64,000 nucleotides of DNA from NCBI GenBank assembly GCA_963662665.2, contig CAXXJS010000061.1:96001-160000 (forward strand), written 5' to 3'. Shown here piece by piece: positions 48,454-58,844 of the stretch. Positions within the stretch are counted from its first letter, which is position 1. The number at the start of each line of letters is the position of its first letter. Both the position numbers and the translations under genes were made by a program. The notes below the pieces were generated by a model. It worked only from the letters and a program-made list of their open reading frames with translations, was not told the DNA's origin and did no database searches. The DNA comes from Candidatus Latescibacterota bacterium. Lineage in GTDB: Bacteria > Latescibacterota > UBA2968 > GCA-2709665.

Positions 48454-50355
48454 ATGAGTACCGCACCCGCCCGCCGCGCCATTGTCGCTGGAATGGACGG
48501 CGCCAGTATGGAACTGGTGAAGAATATGGCCGACGCAGGCCACATGCCCAACGTAAAGGCCCTGATGGAGGCGGGCGTCTGGCGGCCCATGGTCGGCGTC
48601 TTTCCCACCCTCACGCCGCCGGGCTGGACGGCCCTGTCCACCGGCTCGTGGCCGGGCACCCACGGCATCCTGGACTTCAACATCCGCCACGTGGGCCAGC
48701 CCCTGGACCGCACACTCTGGGGCATAGACACCTCCCTCTCGCGCTCGGAATACATCTGGAACGCGTTCGAGCGCGGCGGCCGGACGCCGATCCTGGTAAA
48801 GTGGGAGATGTCCTGGCCGCCCACGGTGCGCTCGGGGGTGCAGGTGGAGGGCACCGGCCCCGGTGTCTCCAATCACCATCAGGTGGCGGGCTATCACCTG
48901 TTCGTGGCCGGCAAATGGGCGCCGCGGCGGCTCGAAGCCCAGCGCGACCCTGAGACACTGGACCCCAGCGCCCTGCAGGGGGTGCGCGAGTTCGACCCCG
49001 TAACCCTGGTTGACGCCGTGGGATGGACCGGAACGCCCGATTCGGCGCGGCCGCCGAAGGAGGCGGTCCTCACCATCCAGCCCCTGGCCAGGGGCCGCGA
49101 AGGCATGAACCGGGGCCGGGAGGGCGCCCCCGTGCCGCTGCACGCCCTGATCTACGCCAGCGGCGGCGGCGGTTATGACCGGGTGCGCCTCTGCCGATCC
49201 AGGGACGCGGCCCGGCCGTTGGCCGATCTGGCGGTGGGGGAGTGGAGCGAGTGGTGGCTGGACCACTTTGAGATCGATGGCCGGAAGGTGGGCGGCTACG
49301 TACGTGCGAAGCTCATCACGCTGACGCCCGAGGCCGACGCCTTCGAGCTCTTTATTCCCCAGATCTGGCCGCCCGACGGTTACACGAAGCCCGCCCCGGT
49401 GGCCAATGAGATTGACCGGAACGTGGGCAACTTCCTCCAGAACCCTGCGCGAGACGCCCTCGGCCTGATTGACGACGACACCTATTTCGAACTGCTCGAG
49501 TTCCACCATCAGCGCCTGGCCGACGTGGCGGAATACCTCGCCGGCTCCCGGGACTGGGACCTGCTGATGACGGAGACCCACGCTTCGGACTACACCAGCC
49601 ACTTCTTCCTGCGCGCCGCCGATCCCCACTCCGGGGCGCCGCCGGAGGTTCAGCGCCGCTGCCGTGAAGGGGTGGAGCGCACCTACGCCTCCATCGACCG
49701 CTGGATCGGACGCTTGCGCCAACTCGCCGGGGACGACACCGCCTTCTTCGTGGTGTCCGATCACGGAGGCACTTCGCAGCAGCACACCGTTGTCAACGTC
49801 GCCGCGGTGCTGGAGCAGGCCGGTTTCCTGAAGTACACGGGCAGCGGCCCCGACCGATGCATCGACTGGTCGCGCACGCGGGCGGCCGACGTGGGCCTGG
49901 TGCACATCTTCGTGAACCTGAAAGGGCGGGAGCCCGGCGGCATCGTCGATCCCGCGGACTATGACGCCGTCTGCCAGGACATTATTCAGGCGCTATATGA
50001 CCACGAGGACCCGGAGACGGGGCGGCGGACCTTCGCGCTCGCCCTCACGCGGGAGGACGCGGAAATGGTGAACCTGTGGTCTGACCGGGTGGGCGACGTG
50101 GTCTACGCCCTGCGACCGGAGTTCGACGGCGCCCATGGCAAGCAGTTGCCCTCGGTGGCCTTCGGGATGGCCGGCCAGCACTCGACGTTCATCGCCGCGG
50201 GCGCGGGCGTGCGTCAGGCGGGTCTCCTCGAGCGGCAGGTGCGCGTGATCGACGTGGCGCCCACGGTCTGCTACCTCACGGGGGCGCCCATGCCGCGAAA
50301 CGTCGAGGGCGGGGTGGTCTACGAGGCCGTGGAGGACGCGGACCTGCACCGGTAG
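48454..50355 (+). CDS. Alkaline-phosphatase-superfamily nucleotide pyrophosphatase/phosphodiesterase
   Basis: GMDGA, PTLTPPGW..LSTG.WPGTHGI, VVSDHG and IDVAPT motifs. Confidence 0.88.
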   Translation: MSTAPARRAIVAGMDGASMELVKNMADAGHMPNVKALMEAGVWRPMVGVFPTLTPPGWTALSTGSWPGTHGILDFNIRHVGQPLDRTLWGIDTSLSRSEYIWNAFERGGRTPILVKWEMSWPPTVRSGVQVEGTGPGVSNHHQVAGYHLFVAGKWAPRRLEAQRDPETLDPSALQGVREFDPVTLVDAVGWTGTPDSARPPKEAVLTIQPLARGREGMNRGREGAPVPLHALIYASGGGGYDRVRLCRSRDAARPLADLAVGEWSEWWLDHFEIDGRKVGGYVRAKLITLTPEADAFELFIPQIWPPDGYTKPAPVANEIDRNVGNFLQNPARDALGLIDDDTYFELLEFHHQRLADVAEYLAGSRDWDLLMTETHASDYTSHFFLRAADPHSGAPPEVQRRCREGVERTYASIDRWIGRLRQLAGDDTAFFVVSDHGGTSQQHTVVNVAAVLEQAGFLKYTGSGPDRCIDWSRTRAADVGLVHIFVNLKGREPGGIVDPADYDAVCQDIIQALYDHEDPETGRRTFALALTREDAEMVNLWSDRVGDVVYALRPEFDGAHGKQLPSVAFGMAGQHSTFIAAGAGVRQAGLLERQVRVIDVAPTVCYLTGAPMPRNVEGGVVYEAVEDADLHR

Positions 50356-50368
50356 GCGCCCCGTTCAG

Positions 50369-50722
50369 TTGAATGGGAAGAGGACTCTTCTTCCTCAGAC
50401 CGTTGAAGCGATTACGGCCCGCCATCGAACCGGAATGAAGGACGAAATCCTGGGTCCTATTGCGGACATGGGTCTGGGTTTCTGCGTCAACTCGAACATC
50501 TACGGCAGGGAGTCGGTTCCGTACGGGTTCGGGCGATACGCCTCTCCCCGTGCATCTGGCAATGCAGGCTATCAGTCGTCGATCGCCTTCGTGGATCCCG
50601 ACGCGGGCCTCGTCGTCGTGTGCATTTTCAACGGCACACCGGGTGAAGGCGCTAATCAGGTCCGCAATAGAGAGACGAACAGCGCCATCTACGAGGACCT
50701 CGGTCTGACTGTGGCGCGTTAG
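50369..50722 (+). pseudogene. C-terminal fragment of a serine hydrolase/beta-lactamase family protein
   Basis: MGLGF..ASPRASGNAGYQSSIAFVDPDAGLVV matches the family C-terminus; there is no SxxK N-terminal part. Confidence 0.65.
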
Positions 50723-50805
50723 CCGAGCGGATTACCGACTCTTCGGAAATCCAGTCACGCACTCGCGTTTCCATCTCCTCTCAGCCCTCCGCGACATCTC
50801 CTGAA

Positions 50806-50923
50806 TGTCCATATTCGGACACTTCTGTATCAAAAACGAACACCATCCGTTGGTTCCCACTTCCTGCCCGTTATGTATAACTCCCTGACAAATATGCACA
50901 TGAATGTTTGGCACGATTATTGA
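50806..50923 (+). promoter_or_regulatory. Sigma54-type promoter with upstream palindromic activator sites
   Basis: TGT-N10-ACA (50806-50821), TGT-N11-ACA (50826-50842) and TGGCACGATTATTGA (50909-50923; GG-N10-GA). The block is repeated at 61081-61197. Confidence 0.6.
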
Positions 50924-51002
50924 TTTATCTTGTATGAGATCTGTCGTCAACCGAACATGTCAATCCTCGGCGTGCTCAGCAGATACATCAGGGACGCACT
51001 TC

Positions 51003-53429
51003 ATGTTCCGAAACGTACTCCTCATCACCATTCGCAATATGCGTCGCTATAAGCTCTATTCGGCCATCAATATTGCCGGGCTTTCGGTCGGGATCGCATG
51101 TTGTCTAATGATCGGACTGTTGATAGAAGATGAACTGCGATACGACCGGTTTCACCAGCACGCCGACCGTATCTTTCGGCTCACAACCTGGATCGAAATC
51201 AATCACCCAAAGGCGAATGCGCATCTCGGCCCAAGGCTTGTTGAGGATTTTCCCGAAGTTGAACAGGTCGTCCGCTTGGCGCGCCTGCCAACAAAAACGT
51301 TGACTGTAAACCAGGATCGGAAATTTCTCGAGGACGATCTGTTGTATGCAACCCCCGAATTCTTCGACGTATTCTCGTTTACACTCGTTCGGGGCGATCC
51401 CACGACCGCGCTTGCTTCGCCCGATGCGATCGTGATTTCCCAAGACATGGCAAAACGCCTTTTCGGCGACGCAGATCCGATAGGCAAGCCATTGCGGATA
51501 TCCCCGCGGTCAAAGACAACCACGCTTCAGGTTACGGGCGTACTGGGAGACCTCCCCCGCCGCTCTCATATAGAATTCCGGGGACTTATCTCCTACGCAG
51601 CATATTCCAGTGGTGAACGAAAGTTTGCAGGCGCCTACACGTATCTCCTCCTCGACGATAAGGCAAAGACCCAGAAATTGGCTGACAAACTCCGCGACTG
51701 GCTGCCTCATCAGTTTACCGCCAACGAGGATGACGACAAATCCGCCGCCAGCACGTCCACTTCCTCTAGACCATTCCGGCTGATGCCACTTACAGATATC
51801 CATTTGCATTCTCATATGGAGCAGGAACTGGGCGCCAATCGCGACATTAATGAATTGTACTTGTTTGGTTCTGTGGGAGTTCTCATCCTGCTGATTGCCT
51901 GCGCGAACTACATGAATATGGCCACGGCGCGTTCCGCCAACCGGGCCCGGGAAGTGGGGCTGCGCAAGGTCGTGGGTGCCGACCGCGGGCAATTGATCCG
52001 GCAATTCACGGGCGAAGCCGTTCTTGTCGCCATACTTGCATTTGCCGGTGCCGTAATCCTTACAGAGATGTTTCTTCCGATCCTGAATGCTGCTGTCGGC
52101 AAGTCCCTTGGCATAACTTACGACGGCCGTTTCTTTTGTATCCTGGCTGCGGCGGCACTCGCGGTCGGGGCACTAGCAGGAAGCTATCCGGCATTCTTCT
52201 TGTCGCGTTTTCGCCCCATAGAGATGCTAAAGGACCTTTCAACAACCACACACAGGAGCGCAGGATTTCGCAAGAGTCTTGTGGTCATCCAGTTCGTAAT
52301 CTCAATTGGCCTGATCGGTACGACAGCCGTGGTGATGAGACAGTTGCATTTCACAAAGAGCAAGAATCTGGGCTTTGATACACGTAATGTGGTTGTACTC
52401 GATACGGAGGGAATCGAGTGGAATGTGAATTCCGCGGAGCATCGTTTCCGTTCTATAAAAGACGAACTGAAGCGGCATCCGGACATCCTCAATGTGTCAC
52501 TGGCCTCTGTCGTTCCGGGCCAGGACTATTTGCCCAGATCCCAGTATACCCTGATCGACTCGCCTGGCAGCCAACCGAAGTCCATCAAGACAGTGTATAT
52601 CGATCAGGACTACCTGGAGACGATGGGTATTGAACTTATCGCCGGGCAGAATTTTGCCTCCATTTTCGCCAAGAAATCGAATGACGGTGTCATTCTCAAT
52701 GAATCAGCGGCGGGAGAGATGGGTATTGGTAGTACAACCGGTCAGAGGGTGCACATGAAGTCTTGGATGATTGAAACGGCTGGCACTATTGTGGGTATTG
52801 TGCGAGACTTCCATATTCGGTCGCTGCATCACAGAATCGAACCATTGGCGTTACGATTAAATCTTGATGGAAAGTATGTTTGGAATGCCACTGAAATTGC
52901 CGCAAAATTGCGAACCGGTACTGTCCAGTCGGCGCTGCCATACCTGAGAGAAAAATGGGCTGATTTTGCCCCCTCACAATACTTTCGGTATACCTTTCTC
53001 GACACCTATTTTGATTTCGATCAGTTATATCAAGCAGAAACACGATTGATGCGCGTATTCGGCGCATTCTCGGCGCTGGCGATTTTTGTGGCATTTCTCG
53101 GGTTGTTCGGACTCGCATCATTCACGGCTGAGAGTCGCACCAGAGAAATCGGCATCCGCAAAGTTCTCGGCGCATCCGAGGTCGATCTCGTTTCCCTGAT
53201 ATCAAGAGATTTTGTATTCTTGGTGATCATCGCCATCGTCATCGCCTGGCCTCTCGCGTATTTCGGCGCGGAAACCTGGCTGCAAGACTTCGCCTATCGG
53301 GTCGACGTCGGCTGGTGGACTTTCGCGCTTGCTGGTGCACTGACGCTCGCTATGGCTCTGTTAACCGTCGGCTGGCAAGCCGGTAAAGCCGCCCGCGCCA
53401 ATCCGGCGGATGTATTGCGAAATGAATAA
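51003..53429 (+). CDS. ABC transporter permease, duplicated MacB/FtsX type
   Basis: SAINIAGLSVGIACC, PLTDIHL, RAREVGLRKVVGA, RTREIGIRKVLGA and ANPADVLRNE motifs. Confidence 0.92.
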   Translation: MFRNVLLITIRNMRRYKLYSAINIAGLSVGIACCLMIGLLIEDELRYDRFHQHADRIFRLTTWIEINHPKANAHLGPRLVEDFPEVEQVVRLARLPTKTLTVNQDRKFLEDDLLYATPEFFDVFSFTLVRGDPTTALASPDAIVISQDMAKRLFGDADPIGKPLRISPRSKTTTLQVTGVLGDLPRRSHIEFRGLISYAAYSSGERKFAGAYTYLLLDDKAKTQKLADKLRDWLPHQFTANEDDDKSAASTSTSSRPFRLMPLTDIHLHSHMEQELGANRDINELYLFGSVGVLILLIACANYMNMATARSANRAREVGLRKVVGADRGQLIRQFTGEAVLVAILAFAGAVILTEMFLPILNAAVGKSLGITYDGRFFCILAAAALAVGALAGSYPAFFLSRFRPIEMLKDLSTTTHRSAGFRKSLVVIQFVISIGLIGTTAVVMRQLHFTKSKNLGFDTRNVVVLDTEGIEWNVNSAEHRFRSIKDELKRHPDILNVSLASVVPGQDYLPRSQYTLIDSPGSQPKSIKTVYIDQDYLETMGIELIAGQNFASIFAKKSNDGVILNESAAGEMGIGSTTGQRVHMKSWMIETAGTIVGIVRDFHIRSLHHRIEPLALRLNLDGKYVWNATEIAAKLRTGTVQSALPYLREKWADFAPSQYFRYTFLDTYFDFDQLYQAETRLMRVFGAFSALAIFVAFLGLFGLASFTAESRTREIGIRKVLGASEVDLVSLISRDFVFLVIIAIVIAWPLAYFGAETWLQDFAYRVDVGWWTFALAGALTLAMALLTVGWQAGKAARANPADVLRNE

Positions 53430-53712
53430 ATGGAATCCACTTCCAATGTCACAAGCACGGCAACTCCGGTAAGTCTGACGCACATAAATCCGTCGGAGAA
53501 AAAGAGACGTGGTCCGACCTAATCGAATCCCCGACTATATTTCTCCCGGCCAATTTCAACTTACCTTCTATGGACGGGTAACGAATCCATTGGATTCTTT
53601 GGGTCTCAAGGAGATTTAACTGGTAAGCACGAGTCTCGTCCTGGCAGAGAGTGTCGAGGGCTCATTGTTTTATTACATGAAACCATTTAAGCAATTTTCC
53701 AGATTTACACCG

Positions 53713-54948
53713 ATGCCGTTGTCAGATTTTAGACCGAGTCTGACACTTCGCCGGCCAATCCCACCTGGCTTCCGGATCTTGTGCGGGTTATTGGTTGTAT
53801 TGTTTGGATGCGCTCCAGGTGAATCAGGGCGAACTCCCCTGGTTTATACCCTTTCAAAACAACCCTTTCACAGAAGTGTGGACGCCGATGGTGTATTGGA
53901 GGCCAAACGGGCAACAACGCTTACTGCACCCCGTCCACGCTATTGGTGGGAACTCGAGATTTCGTATCTGGCCGCTGAGGGATCCGCTGTCAAGAAGGAT
54001 GAAGTGGTCGTCAGATTTGATACCCAGCCTTTCGAGAACGACTATCGGAGCGCATTCAACGCGCTCGCTATAGCTCGCGCCGATGCCAACAAGAAACAAG
54101 CGGAACGAAAGGCCCAGCAATTCATGCTGGAAGCGGACCGGGAAAGCGCGCGCACCGCCGCGGCGATTTCACGGCTTCAACTGGCCAAGCTCGAATTCGT
54201 TGCGCCTCGGCTCAGGGAAATCAAGCGGCTTGAAATGGAACGAGACGAGTTGCGAACAAAAAAGATCAGCAGGAAGCTCGAATCCATGGCGGCTATTCAG
54301 AAGGAAGAGCGCGCCCACACGGACATCCTCATCAAACAGGCCGAACAGAAGCTCAATCAGGCGGAAGAATCGATTAAAAAACTTAGCATTAGAGCGCCAA
54401 CCGCGGGCATAGTGATCTATGACCGGGGCTGGCGAGCCGTCAAGCCTCGGGCAGGCGGTGCAAAATACCCTGGGGAACCCGTCTTAAGGATCCCCGATCT
54501 GTCTGTTATGCAGGTGACGTTGCAGGTTGACGAGATTCAGTCACAAGGACTGAAAGAGGGTCAGCATGCGGAAGTTGTGATTTCGTCGTTGAGTATGGAA
54601 CCGATTTCGGGGAAGGTCGCGCGGGTTGCCACACGTGCAACACCGTTGGAGGCTGGCTCCAGTGTGAAGAAGGTCGAGGTCATCGTGGAACTGGATTCCA
54701 CAAGGTCTGGTTTTACAACCGGTCTTTCCGCACGGGTGCGCATATTCGTGGAAAAAAGGCCTGAGGCCCTCGTTGCGCCGCTTGATTGTGTATTCCAACA
54801 GGACAGCTTGCATGTGGTCTATATGCGACAAGGGAAACGATTCGTACCGCGCCGGGTGAGACTGTCCGCCAGGAATTCAGATTTTGCAGTCATCGAAGGT
54901 GACCTGGAGGCTGGAGCGGAGCTGGCGCTACGTCGGCCACCGGAGTGA
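53713..54948 (+). CDS. Efflux periplasmic adaptor (MFP) 1
   Basis: Lipobox-like LFGC, lipoyl halves (EGSAVKKDEVV, IRAPTAG), coiled coil and IPDLSVM; start uncertain. Confidence 0.85.
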   Translation: MPLSDFRPSLTLRRPIPPGFRILCGLLVVLFGCAPGESGRTPLVYTLSKQPFHRSVDADGVLEAKRATTLTAPRPRYWWELEISYLAAEGSAVKKDEVVVRFDTQPFENDYRSAFNALAIARADANKKQAERKAQQFMLEADRESARTAAAISRLQLAKLEFVAPRLREIKRLEMERDELRTKKISRKLESMAAIQKEERAHTDILIKQAEQKLNQAEESIKKLSIRAPTAGIVIYDRGWRAVKPRAGGAKYPGEPVLRIPDLSVMQVTLQVDEIQSQGLKEGQHAEVVISSLSMEPISGKVARVATRATPLEAGSSVKKVEVIVELDSTRSGFTTGLSARVRIFVEKRPEALVAPLDCVFQQDSLHVVYMRQGKRFVPRRVRLSARNSDFAVIEGDLEAGAELALRRPPE

Positions 54949-54970
54949 TTTCATTGCACGGGAGTATGTG

Positions 54971-56206
54971 ATGAGAACGCCCAATTCCCTGTTCGGTCCT
55001 TTTGCTCTGGCAGCGTTGACTGCTTGCGCAGGCGTAGCCGCTCCGAAGGTCGAGACCTACAAGGTCAAGCCTGCGGAGTTTACCAGTAACATCACTGTTA
55101 CCGGAGAACTCGAAGCGGTCCGGTCCGTGGTGGTTGTGGCGCCACCTATCGACTGGCGATTTGGCGAACTCAAGATTGTAAAGCTCGTGGATGATGGTAA
55201 GCAGGTTGAGAATGGCGATCTACTCGTTCAATTTGACGAAGGCGAAGTCCAAAAAGCCATTTCAGAGGCAAAGTCCAACCTTGAAATAGCCGAGGCCGAA
55301 CTACGCAAAGCCCGGGCCAATAACAACTCCGAGATCGAAGGTCTTCAGATAGATCTCGAAATAAGCCGCGTCAATAGGGAAATTGCACAGCTAAAGCTGG
55401 AACAGGCGGTGTTCAAGGCCGAAATCGATCGAAAACAGGATGAGTTTCGGCTCGAGGAAGCTGGCATCAAGCTTGAACTGGCCGGCCGGGAATTGGAGAA
55501 TAAAAAGAATATCCACCGCGAAGAAATCAGCAAGCTGAAGTTGAAATTGCAGCAGGAACAGGACAAACTGGACGCGGCGAAAAATACGCTTTCCATGCTT
55601 ACAGTCAAAGCGCCAGCCTCCGGCATCGCGATCCTTCGTAAGAATCCCTATACTCGCGACAAGTATCAGCTGGAAGATCAGGTTTATGCGGGCTGGCCGG
55701 TTATCGGCCTGCCGGACCTGAGCCAGATGAAGGCGAAGGTTCAAACCAGCGAGATCGAAATCGCCAAAGTCAAGATCGATCAGCAGGCTTCGGTAACCCT
55801 CGACGCGTATCCTGATACCACGTTCACCGGACGGGTAGTCGAAATCGCCTTGCTCGCACGGAGCAAGTCGAAAGAAGCGAAGGTCAAGGTATTCGACGTC
55901 GTCGTAAAGCTGGACGGACATGACGAAAAACTGATGCCCGGGATGACAATCAGTTGCCAGCTCCTTGTAGAAAGGATTCCAAATGCGTTGTCCGTACCTC
56001 TTCCGGCCGTATTTGAACAAAACGGGAAACCGATCGTATACCGACGGACCGGAAGGAGGTTTGAGGCGCATTCCGTTACCCTTGGTGAGGAAAACGGCAC
56101 CCATGTGGTCGTCGAAAGCGGCCTGTCGGACGGCGATGAAGTCGCGCTGGCAAATCCCAATGCGATCGTCGAATCGCAATCTCCTGGAGAAGATGGGTCA
56201 AGATGA
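54971..56206 (+). CDS. Efflux periplasmic adaptor (MFP) 2
   Basis: LTAC lipobox, DGKQVENGD, VKAPASG, LPDLSQM and LMPGMT motifs. Confidence 0.88.
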   Translation: MRTPNSLFGPFALAALTACAGVAAPKVETYKVKPAEFTSNITVTGELEAVRSVVVVAPPIDWRFGELKIVKLVDDGKQVENGDLLVQFDEGEVQKAISEAKSNLEIAEAELRKARANNNSEIEGLQIDLEISRVNREIAQLKLEQAVFKAEIDRKQDEFRLEEAGIKLELAGRELENKKNIHREEISKLKLKLQQEQDKLDAAKNTLSMLTVKAPASGIAILRKNPYTRDKYQLEDQVYAGWPVIGLPDLSQMKAKVQTSEIEIAKVKIDQQASVTLDAYPDTTFTGRVVEIALLARSKSKEAKVKVFDVVVKLDGHDEKLMPGMTISCQLLVERIPNALSVPLPAVFEQNGKPIVYRRTGRRFEAHSVTLGEENGTHVVVESGLSDGDEVALANPNAIVESQSPGEDGSR

Positions 56207-57462
56207 ACCGCGAATCCGGTGATCCACAAAACAACGAACGACAGGGTCGAAGTGATGCGAAAAGAATCCGCGAGCTCGGCCGGTGTCTTCTTGTATCTGC
56301 GATTCTACTCGCACAGTACCGATGCGGCGATTTAGAACATCAATATGCAAGGGTTGAGCGAGGCCGGTTTCGGTCTACGTTGACCGAGACCGGAGAACTT
56401 CAGGCTGTACGGTACACGATCATCCCCATGCCCCATTTCAATTGGCAATTCGGCCGTCCGAAAATAACTGACCTGGAACCCGAAGGTACTCTTGTGAGAA
56501 AAGGCGATCTGGTGGGGAATATTGAGGCTTCGGGTGTCGTCCAGCAAATGGGCCGCAAGCAGGCCGACCTCGCAATTGGACGGGCCGACCTGAATAAAAT
56601 GCGCGTGCAGCACGCAAGCAACGTCAAGGAATTGGAGGGTAAAATCCGTTCGGCCGAATCTTCCTTGCGTATGGCGGCAATCGACGAGCAACGCGTAAGA
56701 TTTGAATCCAAGACTCAGAAGAAAATCAAAGCTTCTGATAAAAGGATCAAACATCTTACTCTACAACGGCTACGCGAAAAACTTGAAACCGTAAAGCTTG
56801 TTCAGGAAGAAGACCTGAAGATTCACCGGGCCAAAATCAGAAAAATCGAATCGGCAGTCGACATGGCTCGCCGGACCCTCGAAAGCTTCGTCTTGAGAGC
56901 GCCGGCTGACGGCTTGATCGAATACAGGCAGAATCGGCAGACCGGTCAGAAAGTCGCTGCGGGCGACCAGTTGTGGCCCGGTACCCCCATTATCGGCCTG
57001 CCGGACCTGAGTCGCATGAAGGCCCGGACGTGGGTCAGCGAGACCGACATCAAAAAGGTAACGCTTAAACAGGAAGTTCGACTCAGGTTGGACGCCTTCC
57101 CCAAGTTTGTCTTTACGAGCCACGTTACCGAGATCAGCCGTATCGGGCGGCGCAAGGACAAGAACGACAAGAGCAAAGTTTTCGCCATTGAAGTGTTGTT
57201 GCATGACTCGGACCCGCTCTTGCGTCCGGGTATGACCGTCAGCTGTGAATTCGTGGTGGCAGACCTGGATGACGCTCTATTTGTACAAAGCGATTGCATT
57301 CACAGCGACAACGGCGAGTTCGTTTTGTACGTTAAGCGGATCTGGGGACTTAAACGCGTTCCGGTCAACCTTGGACCGCGCAGCAACCGAGCTGTCGTCA
57401 TATCCGGCGACGTCTCGGCAGGCGACAGGGTTGTCAGATCTGTCAGGGAGGGCTCGACCTGA
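56203..57462 (+). CDS. Efflux periplasmic adaptor (MFP) 3
   Basis: EGTLVRKGD, LRAPADG, LPDLSRM and LRPGMT motifs. Confidence 0.88.
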   Translation: MNRESGDPQNNERQGRSDAKRIRELGRCLLVSAILLAQYRCGDLEHQYARVERGRFRSTLTETGELQAVRYTIIPMPHFNWQFGRPKITDLEPEGTLVRKGDLVGNIEASGVVQQMGRKQADLAIGRADLNKMRVQHASNVKELEGKIRSAESSLRMAAIDEQRVRFESKTQKKIKASDKRIKHLTLQRLREKLETVKLVQEEDLKIHRAKIRKIESAVDMARRTLESFVLRAPADGLIEYRQNRQTGQKVAAGDQLWPGTPIIGLPDLSRMKARTWVSETDIKKVTLKQEVRLRLDAFPKFVFTSHVTEISRIGRRKDKNDKSKVFAIEVLLHDSDPLLRPGMTVSCEFVVADLDDALFVQSDCIHSDNGEFVLYVKRIWGLKRVPVNLGPRSNRAVVISGDVSAGDRVVRSVREGST

Positions 57463-58700
57463 TGGACCGGCGTGACATGCTTCGGGTTGGCCTGGAAGGC
57501 CTTTCTCAACACCGGCTGCGTTCCGTTTTAACTACGCTCGGTGTGATATTCGGGGTCGCGGCGGTGATTGCCATGCTCGCCATCGGGGAGGGAGCAAAGC
57601 GAGAGGCCCTGGAGAAATTCAGGGTGCTGGGAGTCAACAACATCATTGTGCGCGACAGGAAGTTGACCGAAGAAGAATTGGAGGAGGCGCGCGCCAGATT
57701 CTCGTCGGGACTGTCGCTGGCGGACGCCGAAGCCATCCGCTTGATCGTACCCGGCGCGATGCATGTGGCGCCACAGGCCGAACTGGATACGGAAGCCAGA
57801 TATGGAGACAAGTCGACAAAGATCACCCTGGTGGGGGTGAGCGACGCTTTCAAGGCGATATTTCAGTCCGCTCCCGCTAATGGCGAGTTTCTATGGCGCG
57901 ATCAGCACGATCGGGAAGTTCGGGTATGCGTGTTGGGTGCGGAGGTCGCCCGGTCGCTCTTTCCAATAGAAGACCCCATCGGCAAGCAGGTAAAGCTGGA
58001 CGACCAGTGGTTTGAAGTGGTCGGTACAATGGCAGACAAAGCACTGTTTACAGAGACCGTGGGCGAATTGGCCGCACGCAATCTCAATCAGGACGTCTAC
58101 ATTCCGCTCTCGGCTTTCTTGCGCCGATTTAGCAAAGAGAACGCCCTTGCCAGTCAGATTGATCAGCTAACCGTCCAGGTGGCGGACTCGGAGCGCCTGC
58201 CGGAAGCGGCTGCGGTTATCAGGCGCGTCTTACAACGCAGACATCGCCAGAACGTCGACTTCGACCTCGTCATTCCATTCGAGTTGCTCAAACAGGAGGA
58301 GCGGGAACGCCGCATCTACAATATGGTGCTGGGATCAATCGCGGCGATTTCGCTTCTGGTAGGCGGTATCGGCATAATGAACATCATGCTGGCCACCGTG
58401 CTGGAACGGACCCGCGAGATCGGTGTGCGCCGGGCTATGGGAGCAAAGCAGCGAGAGATTCTGATTCAGTTCCTCATCGAGGCCGTTGGCCTTAGCGTCG
58501 CTGGCGGGTTTGTTGGCATTCTTCTTGGAGTGGGCATGGCCGTAATTATTGGCGCCATTGCGGAATTCAAGACGATCATCTCGCCCGTCGCCGTCGTACT
58601 CGCCTTCGGCCTGTCGGGGATAGTGGGCGTAGTGTCCGGCACGTTTCCAGCCCGACGCGCCGCCCTTGTGAACCCCATTGAAGCGCTCAGGTACGAGTAG
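57462..58700 (+). CDS. MacB-like ABC permease
   Basis: RLRSVLTTLGVIFGV, GGIGIMNIML..V.ERTREIGVRRAMGA and NPIEALRYE motifs. Confidence 0.92.
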   Translation: MDRRDMLRVGLEGLSQHRLRSVLTTLGVIFGVAAVIAMLAIGEGAKREALEKFRVLGVNNIIVRDRKLTEEELEEARARFSSGLSLADAEAIRLIVPGAMHVAPQAELDTEARYGDKSTKITLVGVSDAFKAIFQSAPANGEFLWRDQHDREVRVCVLGAEVARSLFPIEDPIGKQVKLDDQWFEVVGTMADKALFTETVGELAARNLNQDVYIPLSAFLRRFSKENALASQIDQLTVQVADSERLPEAAAVIRRVLQRRHRQNVDFDLVIPFELLKQEERERRIYNMVLGSIAAISLLVGGIGIMNIMLATVLERTREIGVRRAMGAKQREILIQFLIEAVGLSVAGGFVGILLGVGMAVIIGAIAEFKTIISPVAVVLAFGLSGIVGVVSGTFPARRAALVNPIEALRYE

Positions 58701-58844
58701 CATTTCAAGAACAACCCTTATCGCACAGTACATCCGGGTTCGACGTTGTACGATAATCATGTCGCCAATAGAGATTCCGGTGTCGGCGCGAACACCCCGA
58801 AACTTGCGTTCCGGATGCCGTCCAAGCGAAAGTTGAGGAATCCC

